Shown here: piece by piece, positions 49,614-61,839 of the stretch
Layout: each line of letters begins with the position of its first letter
Numbering within the stretch: position 1 is the stretch's first letter
Assembly (NCBI GenBank): GCA_013265495.1
Contig: MU057560.1
Coordinates: forward strand, 1,252,753-1,316,752
DNA length: 64,000 bases
Source: Vicugna vicugna
Taxonomy: Eukaryota
Reading direction: 5' to 3'
Program-made: the position numbers and the translations under genes
The notes under the pieces: generated by a model
Seen by the model: the letters and a program-made list of their open reading frames with translations, nothing else
The model's database searches: none
Told to the model about the DNA's origin: nothing

Positions 49614-52190
49614 AGTCCTCAGGACAGAGACTCCGTCCTTACGTCTGTGCATCCATTTCACAGCACCGACTACTGTACGGGTAATCCAGAGCACATCTTT
49701 GGAGCTATTAGAGTTCAGGAGATTTTAAACCTCCTACTTTGAGAGTGAACCTGCCCCACGGCTCCCAGACTGCAGACAGCTCAGGAGCGGTTACCCCCAT
49801 TTAGACATTCCGTGTGATGGCAGGACTTTTGGGGCCATTGGAATTTCCCCAAAGACTTAATTCTCTCAATCGCACAACATTGCTGGTCCAAGTATGGGTT
49901 TTTTTCTCCTTCAAACTCCAGCTTGACCCAGAATTTCTCGTGCTGAACAGCAAGCCCATATCCATCCAGTAACTGAGAGTGGGACCCCCTCACCGCCATG
50001 TTTCTCTCTTTGCTTCCTTGTCTCTGAGCTCCTGGTCATTACTTTAATAAGCCGCTTACTTTTAACAACAGGTTAAACTAAAACACAAACTGGATCAGAA
50101 TGTATTTGTCCCTTTTGACAGAGTTGGTCCAATATAGTCCTTGATATTGTGCCTCAAGTGTAAAAAACCAATTTAAGTCATTTTACAGCCTGGAATTGGA
50201 GTTGCTTCCATGGTGCACGATGAGTGAGAGCCTGCAATGAGCCATAATCCCCCAGTGCAGGTGTTGCTCTGGGACCCCACACGGTTCCTTCCAAGAAGAC
50301 CTCTGACCCGGGGCCAGACCCCTCAGGATCGGCAGCAGCCAGGACCCGCAGTGGTAGCAGCCTGAGTGCGGGGAGCCTGCCCGCGGTGAGCTCTGAGACC
50401 CTCCTGCAGAGAGAACGGCCACTGAGGGTCCAGCTTGGCTGGAGCACGAGAAGAGAGGAAGAGGAGGTGCGGTGCCCAAGCTCTGGGCGGAAGCTTGGCT
50501 CCGTGATTGGTCAGCTGGGGAATCCAAGACAGTCCGACTTGCTTCTGAGTCTGCTTTTTACCTTGAAAACTGAGACTAGAATATTTTTCCTAATTAGATT
50601 ATTATGGAAAACATTTTAAAACAAACAAAAATATCCAGAACACTGCTTTTCTTATGACAGTTGTTAAATAACTTTTTCCTTCCGCTGCTAAAAGAAAACA
50701 AACAAGTTCCTTTCATCTCGGGACAACTTAGATTTTTGAGCAGTTATGCTTTAAACTGCTGTGAGAATTTTCCTAAGAGTTTCAGTTGATCTTGGTTTAA
50801 TCCTTCAGGCCAGAAAGCATATGCCTTGCTCTCTTTTGTGCTTGAGCGTCCTTGACGTACAAAATTAGTTTTTATGTTCGCTTCAGCCTGTTCTCCATCA
50901 GGCTAAGGGGTTGGGATTTTTTGAAACTAATTCTTAAAATACATGGTTTCAAACCTCTCACTCCTGCAGTCTCATATCTGCACAGCTTCAGTTTGCTGAG
51001 ATCCCTCGTGCGTGTGGACCTGGACTCATGAGGATATTTTTGGCTGGGGGCAAAAGACACCACGGCATGGGACACAGCGCTCCCACCCCATGCAAGGTTG
51101 TGGGTACTTTGTGGGCTGGCGAATGGCAGATAAGCCACCAGAGAGGGGAAACCAATCAACATGCTGTGGAAAGTGTCTTCAGTGTTATCAGTGTCGCCAG
51201 GTAGATGGGTCCAAGTCGTCAGGGAGCGACTCTGAAGGTCTCTGCTTATTCAGAGCATGGGTTTTCAGAGGGAAAGCTAGAAGTTTGAAAGACACACAGG
51301 AGGTGTTGCCAATGGATCGTCCATCTCAAATTCTAGTGAGTTCCAAGCAGAATGAAAACTGCCCATGAAACACTGGATACATTTAAAAGCTTTGTAAAAG
51401 TTAAATACCTGAATACTTTTAAGTGATAAACTCACGCACGTTGGTAAAATTCAATAGTTTTTAGGTTAGGCTGTGCACGTGCAGTGGGCGAGGCAAGTGC
51501 ACACAGACAGATGTGAGCCTCGCTGTCGCCTTTGTGAGCATATGCAGCCCCCCCCACCCAACATCCCTGGGCACTCCTGGGAAGCCAGCCCTAGCCAGGT
51601 GGCTGGGGAGGAGGTCTGCCCCTCTGTGTTTCTCTAACTTGGCGTGGGAGGAATTAGCCCTGCACGTTGGAATAAGCATGACCTTGGATTTATATTCAGC
51701 TTGTTTCTAAAGACACGTGTGACTTTGACAGGTTTCTAAAACCCACGAGCTTCATTTTGCGTGTGTGCGGAATAGGGGTTACTAACACTCACCTCAAGAG
51801 TTCTTAGGCGTATGTTCATGACACCTCCTCCGTGCAGCCCTCTTGTTCTTGTGAACAAATCTAGTTGACACCATTCATAGCTGGTCTTTAAGTGACAAGA
51901 GAAATGTCATGTGAAGGCAGCAGACACCAAATAGGTGTCTGATTTTTGCTGCTTAAGAAAAATTTCAAGTTTATACATTTTCTTGAAACAGAGAACAAAT
52001 CATTTTACTTGAGTTTACAAGAATCCTTCTAAGCACCACTATGTGCAAAGCACCGTTCTGGGTGCTGCGAATCCCAGAACAGAGAAGACCACACCGGGCT
52101 GACCTTCTGAGGAGTGCCGGCTGCCCAGACGCAGGTAGGCACACAAGGAGGGGGGTTGATATTGGCAAACGTAATGAAGAGACGTCACCT

Positions 52191-52236
52191 GGAGGTGACA
52201 ATTTAGACTAGGAGGCGACACTTTAGACTAGGAGGC
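52191..52236. repeat. 20-bp tandem duplication (~2.3 copies)
   Basis: ggaggtgacaatttagacta / ggaggcgacactttagacta / ggaggc. Confidence 0.9.
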
Positions 52237-52412
52237 CAGAAGAGGAGAGGAGACACTTGAGATCTGCGTGGCAATGAGTGTAAGTCCTGGTACATGCTGG
52301 AGAAAGAATCCTCATGGTGATGCTCAGTTATCGGAGGCAACTTTCAGGTTAAAAATGGATAATAATGATTGCAGCATATTGTCACCATGAATGAGTCTGG
52401 CTCTTGCTGAGC

Positions 52413-52537
52413 TTGAGCCCAATAGGCCATCCACTCCTAAGGGAGAGCATCCATGCTGGATCCAGTGGACCGTCCACACCTAAGGGAGAGTATTCATAAT
52501 GAGCCACACAGACCAGCCACAACTAAAGGAGCATATT
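52413..52537. repeat. Diverged 43-bp minisatellite (~3 copies)
   Basis: Units in register at 52425, 52468 and 52511: ggccatccactcctaagggagagcat / gaccgtccacacctaagggagagtat / gaccagccacaactaaaggagcat. Confidence 0.8.
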
Positions 52538-53983
52538 TTAACGCTGGGGGTGAAGTGAGGAAGCACAGCTAACTGCACCTGGGACAAAGGGCCGTTTCCT
52601 GGTGGCACAGACAGCAAGTGGCTGAAAGAGGGTAGAAGCCAGGTTACTGTGTGACTGCTACTGATGTGTCATTGATCTATATAAGACCATCATTTTTCAT
52701 TTTTTAAATAAAATAGGTGTTATTAGTAACAACTCAATGTTATTTTATCACAGAGATTTACTAATTTACATTCATAAAATACTGCACAGTTTAAAATTCG
52801 TACATCATGATATACATACATGCGCACATACACAGGTATTGACAGATATAGACTCACACGCATAGACTCGTACACTTTATGTAAAACAGCACATGTTTTC
52901 ATTGAGGTGATGGAACATCAACAGCTGAGCTAAAATAAACGCGCACGCACATAGCAGACCTGAGAATGAAACGAGACTTTCATTGGAAGCAAAGGTGAGA
53001 AGCCCAGGTGCCTAAATCCAGCTGGAACACTTCATCTTAGACGTTTTGCTGGTTTACCTGTTACTTCAAAGATAATCTCCTTCTATGGTGATGAAGCTTT
53101 GTTTTTGTATGACGCCGTTAGAAAGCACAAAATTATTTGTGATGCTTGGTGAGTACCCTATTTTTATGATTATTTAGGGCTATCATTACATATATCCTTT
53201 TTTCTTTAAATAGTGAAGATTGCTGACATAAAAAAAATGAAGAGCCTATGAAAATGACTATGCCTTTAAATTGCATCAAAACACTGAGAGCCTTTTAGTT
53301 TTCCCAGATGGTTTTAGCCAGGCAAACCCAACATCAAGTCCACACTAAGATAAGTTTGTTCTGATTGCAAGCATATGTATTATTAAGGATAACTCAGTTT
53401 GGGGGAGAGTGTAAAAAAAGAGAAAACAAAAATAAATGATCGGGCCCTAAAATGTTTAGAAGATGGCGATTTCTAGGTAACAGAACATACTCATGTGCTC
53501 TTGAAACTGCACGTTGAGTTGCTGGTATGTATATTTGAGGCTTCAGATCAATACTGGGTAAATACGTGAGGGTTTCTTAGACTCTAATCTTGAACCCTTC
53601 AAATCATCCTAACCTGAAAATGAGCCTCTTTAAACTGTAAGGGATCCTGCAAAAGAATTCCCTACCAAAGCTGGTGGCATGGTGACATGATTAAATCATT
53701 GACTGAGCTGAATGGCTGCAGGCCATTAAGAAAGAAACTCCTATTGAATGGAATCAGCAAAACCCTTTAATTACTGATTAAGGAAACAAGGAAGGGGCAG
53801 GGCTACAGTTTTAGCCTTGGGCGTCATTGTTCCTTCTTGTAATTGGTAGAGTTTTACCACAGATCTATATTTTAAATGGTCTTTTAGTTGAAAGAAAAAT
53901 GAAAAGAAGAAAGAAGAGCTTTTCAATTTTCTAACAGTGATATTGTGTACACACATACATATCTTTTCATTTTAGTGTGAGTC

Positions 53984-54062
53984 TTTTTATTTTATTTTAT
54001 TTTATTTTATTTTATTTTATTTTATTTTATTTTATTGAAGTACAGTCAGTTACAAGGTGTCA
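53984..54062 (-). mobile_element. Minimal L1 3' tip (~30 bp) with a (TTTTA)n tail
   Basis: tttattgaagtacagtcagttacaaggtgtca differs by one base from the terminus of the L1 at 14207-14238. Preceded by ~10 TTTTA units. Confidence 0.88.
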
Positions 54063-55654
54063 GGACACACATTATTATATCCATGTGTCCATCCACTGAC
54101 AGAGGAAACATGAGCATGTCTCTAAAATACATCAATCAGAGAGAGCTCTGAATAGAATACGGTAAAATAAAAGCAACAACTCTCTTTGGAAAGTGAAATT
54201 GTAAGCGATGTTTTCACCCTCTTCATATTTTAAAATGGTCTTCCTTTCATAATAAAGATACGTTACTCTTATTATTTGAAGAAAAGTAAATCCTATTATC
54301 ATAGTTTTTGTCATTAACTTCTGCAGACTCCCCTCACTCACAGGAATTCTTTGATACCAAACATTTTAAAATCAATGTAACTGATATAATTGTTTTCTTG
54401 CTGTTGACAAGCGTCATATGTTTGACGTTAAAAATGTATTATTCCATGTAATTCAGTGTTCAGATACATGATATCTTTTAAGAATTTAAAAACTTTGTAT
54501 TTTTCCTGAATTTCTCGTAAGTGCCCACCCCTGCCCCCACCCTGCCTGACACGTGAGTGCATTTAAGCAGGAGTAGAGTCTCCCAGGCTGGCGTAATGGC
54601 CCTGCGAGCTGTGTGAAGAGGGTAAAGAAACAAACGCTCTTTCCTCTTTACTGTAGGGGCTTCCGAAGTGTGTTTCGCGGCAAGCACCTGTCCCTTCCGT
54701 GCGAGGAGGGGTCCGGGTGGGGCACGTCTAAGGCAGGGCCATCAGTTAGTGAACACTGGATTTTGTTCTACTCGGTGACACACCTGTTTCTCTCCTGAGT
54801 GGGTATTTAGCCCACGTGCCACTGTTTGTGGCTTGTGTCCCTGAGTCTATTGCAAAGTCCTTGGGACAAAGGACTCCGTCTCCCGCCCCTGGGTCCTCTG
54901 TGATCCTCGCCGTGCCCGTGTTCCTGTAGGCATCACTCAGCCCGTGCAGTCCGTTTTGCACCAAAAAGAAAAGAGTTAATTGTCTGTAATTCCCCTCCGT
55001 TAACCAGGTAATGCGCCAGAGATTATCTACGGACTTGCTAGCTGTGAACCACGAGTGTGGTCCTGGGTAAAGCCAGGTGCTCAGGCATGTTTTGCGCTAT
55101 TTGGATTGTTATGTTTTCTTGAAGATTCAAAAGTTAATCGAAGTTCATTCCGAGTCTGGCCGATTGTCATTCTCCTGTTGACTGCTCACATCGCTCCCCA
55201 AGTTTGACTTTGGCAAGAAGTTTACGCCATTCTCACAAATCAAAAGAAAACGTACTGTCTTAGTCTCCGTTCTCTGGAAGAGTTTCCATAAGATGCAATG
55301 ATCTGTTTATTGAGAATTCTTTTTAAGTAAATCTCTTCTGTGGAGATCTAGTTTCTTGTCTTTTTTGTAGGCATGTATTTAAGTTATTAACTCCGTTTCT
55401 TTATATCAAATAGTCTTCTATCTATTTCATCTCATCCGTTCCATGTTAACTGTTTTCTAAGAATTTGTCTGTTTCCTGCAAACTTTCAAAATGATTGACA
55501 CAAGGCTTTTGATGGCATTTTTCTTCCCATTTTAAAGTCAGCTGGAGAGGTAGCTGAGTTCCCCTTCCATTACTAAAATTATGTGTACCTTACCTCTTTG
55601 TTTCTTGGACGAATCGTACCAGAGGTTTGTTGATTATTTAAACAAACTTTAAAA

Positions 55655-56720
55655 ATCGTTTGACTAGCTTTAGTATTTTTAGATTTGCAGAAAAGTGGCA
55701 AATACAGTACAGAAAATATCACATCCCAGTTTCATATCTTCGTCACAAATAAAAAACTGACATGAATACAGTATTGTTAACTAAACTCCACGTGTCATTC
55801 ACGTTTCACCTTCAGCTTTGCATAGTGCTCTTTTCACGTCCCAGGATTCCATCCCACACACCACATTACGTTCAGTCTTCACGTCTCGTTAGCCCCCTCT
55901 GGTCTGTGACGGTTTCTGAGACATTATCTACTTTTCAAGGTCTTGACAGTTTCAAGGCCAAGGATTTTGTAGACTCCTACTTCATTGGGGTGCAGATAAT
56001 TAGGTTTCTTTGTTTACTTTTTTACTGGTGGTCCTGGGGATTGAACCAGGGCCTTGTGCATGCTAGGCAGGCACTCTACCCCTGAGCTACACTCCCCCCT
56101 TCATTTGGATCTAACTGATGCTTTTCTCATGGTCAGCCTGGGGTTACGGGTTTGGGGGAGAATCCACAGAGGAGAAGAAGGGTGCTTCCCACCACATGGC
56201 ATCAAACGTCCCTGCTGCCAACTTGGCGCCTGGGAGCTGGTCCCCCTGACCACCCGGGTGATGCAGCGTGTGCCCACTTCTTCACTATGAGGTTCCTTTT
56301 GTCCCCCCTCCCATACTCCACTCTTTGAAGCAAGTGACTAAGTGCAGAACACACTGGGGGGAGGATGGAGGCGGGCTGGGGAATCAGGTGTTTTCACACG
56401 CCGTGCTTGGAGCTCCGCTGTGCAGATCTGTCTCTTCTCCCATACTTACATGTTTGCTCGGTCACTTACTCGCACTAGTGTGGACCCAGGCTATGCATTT
56501 TGCACCTTAGGTTCTAACCCAACCCTGCGTGATTTACCTTGTCTCTTGGATTGCTCTGCTTCTGGCCTTTGGGGGCCCCTTGACTCCCTTTAAGAAACCC
56601 CATTTTTTTGTTTTCTTTTGTTTTCTGAGCACTTCCTTCCTTTGGGGAAAATAGATGATTGAGGTCCATTTTTACTTTTATGACCCAGATCTAGTATCGG
56701 CCATTCCTCCACGGCGCCTG
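55655..56720 (-). mobile_element. L1MC/MD-type 3' UTR
   Basis: tttagatttgcagaaaagtggcaaatacagtacaga...tgaatacagtattgttaactaaactcc...cccaggattccatcccacacaccacattacgttcagt...atcggccattcctcca. Confidence 0.75.
55987..56098 (-). mobile_element. tRNA-derived camelid-type SINE
   Basis: Minus strand reads gggggagtgTAGCTCAGGGGTAGagtgcctgcctagcatgcacaaggccctGGTTCAATCCccaggaccaccagtaaaaaagtaaacaaagaaacctaattatctgcacccc, with Pol III A and B boxes. TSD CTTCATT at 55980-55986 and 56099-56105. Confidence 0.9.
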
Positions 56721-57137
56721 TGGGGCTTTTATTAGCTCTGATTTTCTATGTGTAATTAACTTCTAATTTAATTGCTTTGCTCTCAGAGAATGTGCTCTGA
56801 ATGATACTGCTGTGTTTTTCATTTTTTGAAATTTGTCAAGTCTTACTTTACAGCCTCACATCTGGCAACTTTTTATAAACGTTTCACGTGCGCTCTGGAA
56901 CAGCAGTAGATAATTGCTGGGTACAATATTTTATGAGTATCTAATAAACCAAGTTTATTGATATTTATGTTCTGGTTTTATGTAACATTTTAACTTTTGG
57001 ATGTCCTTAGCCTATTCATTGAGAGAGAGGAAGATGGTGAACTCTTTCAGCATAACGCTGGGTATGGTACTTATGTTGCAATTCGATCCCATTTTCATGT
57101 TCGCTCCTCCGAGGCCACAGAAGCCCTGCACCGAGGA

Positions 57138-57810
57138 AGGGCCTGTCTCATCGTACGCAGGGCCCAGGGCAAAAGGAAGGTGCAGGACCCTGGTCATGGG
57201 CGGGTGGTTAGTATCATGCTCCCACAGGCCAGCCACCCCGACCCGAGCACAATGCCCCGTGCACTGCAGCCTCACACTGCAGGGCAGGTGCTGGGATTGA
57301 AGGCGAGCAAAAGACCCCATCAAGTTGCCAGATGCACCGAGGTGCTGCCCTGTCACTCTGCTCTAAGACACCGTGGGACACATGCCCCGAGGTGCTGCCC
57401 TGTCACTCTGCTCTAAGACACCGTGGGACACATGCCCACCCTTCCCTTGTGCACATCCAGTCCACTTCGTGGGACGGAGGGAAACGGCAGAGAGTGGGCA
57501 TTCTCCTATTGATGTGACCAAGGAAGCAGGGAGGGAGGAGGCCAGGTGGGGACCAGGCCCCCTGGGGACCAGAAACTCCTCCCCGGGAGGTGGAGAGGCC
57601 ACACAAGGCATGACCACGTGTCAGCTGAAGCCAAGCCCCCGGCATGTGTTCTATTGCTTCATTAAATTTCAGTTACGAAAACAATTTCAGGGTGGATAGT
57701 ATTAACAATTTAAGGACGGTGAATGCAAATCACGAAAACCCAGGTGCAGGGCTGTCCTGAGTGAGGGGCCCTGTGTGACCGCCCTGGGGGCACCCAGGGA
57801 GCTGGCTGGG
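57138..57810 (-). mobile_element. MER45B/C-like hAT-Tip100 non-autonomous DNA transposon
   Basis: Left end gcagggcccagggcaaaaggaaggtgcaggaccct. Right end on minus reads ggtcacacagggcccctcactcaggacagccctgcacctgg. Both match MER45 termini. Confidence 0.7.
57337..57436. repeat. Perfect 50-bp tandem duplication
   Basis: ccgaggtgctgccctgtcactctgctctaagacaccgtgggacacatgcc occurs at 57337-57386 and 57387-57436. Confidence 0.97.
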
Positions 57811-60800
57811 CATGAGTGTTCCTTCTGTATTTCTTATCAGAGTTTTAAAAATTAATTCTGTAATGAATTTGTTTATCCATAAAAATACTTTTTGACTTAC
57901 CATTCGCCCTGCCTTTTTTGGTTATTATTTGCTCAGTATATCTTTGTCTATCATTTTATTATCAATTTTTTGTTTAAATTTGTGCCCCTTGCAAATAGTA
58001 TATAACTTCATTTGGTAATGTTTTTATTTATTAAGTTTGTTTTATCCTATTGCTGTTTTCCCATTTACATTTTTGATTTGAATATATTGTTTCACCCATT
58101 TTTCCTTTGTGCTATCTATTGTCTCGATTTTTCAAGACATTTTTTTCATTTTCCCTCTTCATTTGACTGAGTTTTTAAAAATTAATTTATAATGCCAGTT
58201 CTTCTTTCCCTGATAAAAGGGAAACATCTATTTCTAAAGCTCTTGTTATTCTTAGTTTAACAAGCATAACTAACTGATTCTGAGGTTTTGCCTTAATTCT
58301 CATCCTAAATAGCAAAATCGCTTTAGAATCTGCTCTGCCGCTTCTCGTCCCGCGGGCCCTGCGTTTCGGCACACGTGCTGTTACCGCTGACTAAGTGCGT
58401 TGAGCGTCATTCCTTTATTTACATCAAAGTGCCTTTGTTTTGTTTTTATCCGCAAGGCCACGCTCATGCACATAATTGAAAACTGGCGTTTATTTTGTCT
58501 CATCATTTTGAAGACGTACTGTCCACTGTCCTCCAGTTTCCATTGCTAGGTTGAAGGGTGTGATGTAAATGTAATTTTATTTTCCTTGTGAGAAAGCTGT
58601 CTTTTTTCCACTTAAAAGTTCTCTTTGACTTGAGTTCTGCGGTTTCACTGCGGTCGGTCTAAGTGAGGTTTTCTTCTTGTTCATTTTGTTTATTATGTGC
58701 TGTTCTCCCTGTAACTGTGGACCTAACTGCAAACTCACGCATTTCATTAGTCCTAAAAAACTCCTTTTCTTAACTCCTCAAATATGACCACTCTTCTGAT
58801 CTTCATAGTCTCCCCCTGTGGAATATCCATCAGATGCTGGACTGCCTTTCTCATCCCATCCCCTTATCTCTTGAGTTTTTCCTCAGATGAGCTGAGTCTG
58901 CATTTGGGGTAATTTTTGTAGATTTACCTGTGAATATGTTTTTTCTCTTTATTGAACTGGCTGTTTAACAACTAACTGGGCTATGAAGTCTCATATGTAA
59001 TGTATGTACATGTGCATGTACGTATATCACACACACATACACACACAGACACATCTCCATCTGTCCATCTACTCAGTTATACCTGTATGCATATATCTAG
59101 ATCTACATATAAATGTTTCATTTGTTATTTTTCAAAGCGGCCTTGTCACTTAGGATAGTTTCTTATTGGTGTCTCAGTTCACTGACTTTCTAAAAACACA
59201 TACATACCCGGTGCACATAACGCTAAATAATATTTACCTTATAATCCCAACACCAGGAAGTCTGAATGCAGTGCTTGCATTTCCAGCTGACTCCCATGCA
59301 TACAGTGGCTCCTCTGTGTGCTTGCTGACTTTTTATTGCAAACTCTCATATTTGGTTGATTTTAATTTGATAAACAGGTGTATTGTAATTAGAATCTCGA
59401 TCTGAGGATCTTTTTCAGGGAGGACATATGTCTGCTTCTTAGATCTTGGGTGACCACTGATGTGGGACATTTCATTCTGAAACACCAGAAGACGATGGTG
59501 CCAGTGGAAATACTGAATGACACTGATGAGGTAATGAGTGAGACCTGACCCACAGCTAGTTTGAAAAGTGTGACGTGAGTATTGGTGAAGTTTATAGCTA
59601 GAGAAAGACTTAAAAATAGTTCAGGTCAAAATGAAAAAGCTGAAGCCTTAAGTATGTGTGAGATTGTAAAAAGACTAAAAACTATATTTGTGTTTTTAAA
59701 GCTCTTCTCTATGGTAAGTTTTCAAATATGGATATTTAATGGAAGGAAAATGAAAAAATAGTAAACATTCTTTACAATAAATACATTTCATATGTATCTA
59801 TCTCCTTGGTGTAAGTTCAAATCCAATGTGGCAGAATGAGAGAAGAAGGGTCAGCTGCAACTTCAGCTCTGTAATAGAGCAACAATCCGCAGAGTGGCTA
59901 CTAGCTGTCATTCCTTCTCAGAAGCAGAACCTGCTTGCATTTGGACGGCCAAGCACACAGCAAAAGGCTGCATTTCCACCTTTCTAACAGGTCCATGTGG
60001 TCAACTGTCTGCAAGCAGGAAGTTTCCTTCAGAAACTGAGATCTGTGCCTAGACCTGGCGCAGTCACCTCTGAACCTACGGTTAGAAGCAGATGACATCA
60101 GAAGGAAAACAGACACCCGGTTCCTGATGCCTTCCTGGAGCCGCCACACAGGCCCTGGATTGTCTGATTCCAGAAAAGTAACCAAACACAGCCTTTCCTG
60201 ACACACTACGGAAACTTTATCAAGAAAGTTATGACTAAACTAAAACAAAAGTGGCGTCCGCCTCACCAGGGTGGGATGAGAAACGGTCTGTAAGACTCCA
60301 AAAGACTGAAAGATGAATTAATATGTGCAGAATTTAATAATCCAGGAAGCATTTCCACACTGCTTGTTTTCCAAATGCACAACATCTTGTTCATGTAATG
60401 TTTAGGAAATTTTTTTAATCATCACCCTATTCAAAATGTGTGTGTTAAGCCCTTGCCATTATTTATATATCAGGGATGGTAAACCTTTGTTTCATATGTT
60501 GGTGCCAAGTGTCCAATTCTATGGATTAGAAAGAGAATGTGAAGAAGGACATGGACTGAAAGGTTGCCACATCACAAAACCTCACAGTTTTGCTCTTCAT
60601 TCCAATGTTGTCTTCCTTCCATTGTTCCGTGATGGAAGTGCCCACGCGATCAGTGAGGTGTGACACCCCCTCGCTTTCTGCAAGTCCCTGTGACGGTGGA
60701 CGTGGTTTCCCTAGTCTGGGTTCCTGAAACACAACCCTCTTCTTCCCTGTTACATGCTGAACCTCTTAGATATAACCGTTACTCCAGAAATGTTCCATTT

Positions 60801-61839
60801 TTGACATAACTGGGTGTTTGAATCCTAAGAAATAGAACAAATTAATCACTGCTGCATTCTTTGCTGGCGTTCGTTTCCCGTCGGCAGTCACGTGGCCCTT
60901 GTGGAAAGGATGGCTGGATGGTGGTCGCGAGTTGGTGGGAAGTACAAGCGGGGCGTCCAGCCTGGTGTTGAGCCCGCCAGCACGTGCACGCAAGCTCATG
61001 CAGGCCCTAAGAGGAGAGGAGCGACCCTGCACGCGACATCCCCGGCAAGGAGCGTGGAGAATGCTGTTCAGATTCTCCTGCGGCAGCGGCGTACGTGGCT
61101 CTGCTGAAGATGCCCCAGGGAAGGCTACTTGGTCACGGCATCGGGGCGCCGTGAGCCCATGGAGTGAGTGTCCCACTGCGATCAGGCTTGCCTAAGCATC
61201 ACTATGACTCCATCCAATTAGACCTTTTAAAACACGGATGATCCTGGTTTGAAATTCTTCATGACAACAATTAGCTTCTGACAAGAAACCTTTCTAAGAG
61301 CTAATGAGGGAAAGGCCCTTGAGACGGGAAGATAGATTCACAGGACCAAGCCCTGAACATTCCAGCAACTTGAAAAGATCTGAACACCCAGGGAAATGCC
61401 TTCCTTCTGGGAAAACTTTTCAATTAAATTCAACAACTATTTACCATCTCTGCGTTTGCTGGAAGTCAGGTTATGTTAGATTTAGTTCCTTCCCTGGAGG
61501 GGACTCCATTCTGAAAAGGCAGGTGACGGGCCAGTCCCAAGTGACGGCTGAAACCCAAAGTGAGGGTGAGAGACGTTCTGCCTCAGGGGCTGGAGCCGGG
61601 CAGGCGCGCAGGCAAGGGGGCGGCAAAGCGGAGGCTGGAGGTTCCTGAAGGCTTCGGTTGCCAAGACTGTGGCCCTCGAGGCCAGGGGGGGACCTCAGCA
61701 GGAGGGGGGGAGGGGAAGAAAGAGACAAAAGGAAGGGTCTCCACGGCTTCAACTCCCATTGGAACTGAAGTGATTCTTTTAAAGTTTTGTGTGTGAAATA
61801 ATGAAAATTATTTGAAAGGCACTTAATTAAACTACAAAG

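Larger units (their letters stand above)
55200..59420 (-). mobile_element. Composite block of ancient L1ME/MC fragments with later nested insertions
   Basis: T-rich antisense L1 motifs, e.g. tctcagagaatgtgctctgaatgatac and ccactgtcctccagtttccattgctaggttgaagggtgtgatgt. Boundaries are approximate. Confidence 0.55.

Noticed and set aside
49401..49728. Poly-Pro / poly-Gly ORFs resembling formin or WASP-type proteins
   Set aside because: They arise from a 42-bp C-rich tract. The flanks show no protein similarity or convincing exon structure.
52413..52537. CRISPR-like periodic repeat
   Set aside because: The context is eukaryotic, the units are contiguous and diverged with no unique spacers, and there are no cas genes.
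55987..56098. Possible tRNA gene
   Set aside because: A/B boxes are present, but it has an A-rich SINE tail and a TSD and lacks a proper acceptor stem.
59580..59720. Short open frame LVKFIARERLKNSSGQNEKAEALSMCEIVKRLK ending at a GTAAGT donor
   Set aside because: There is no good upstream acceptor in frame and no recognisable homology.
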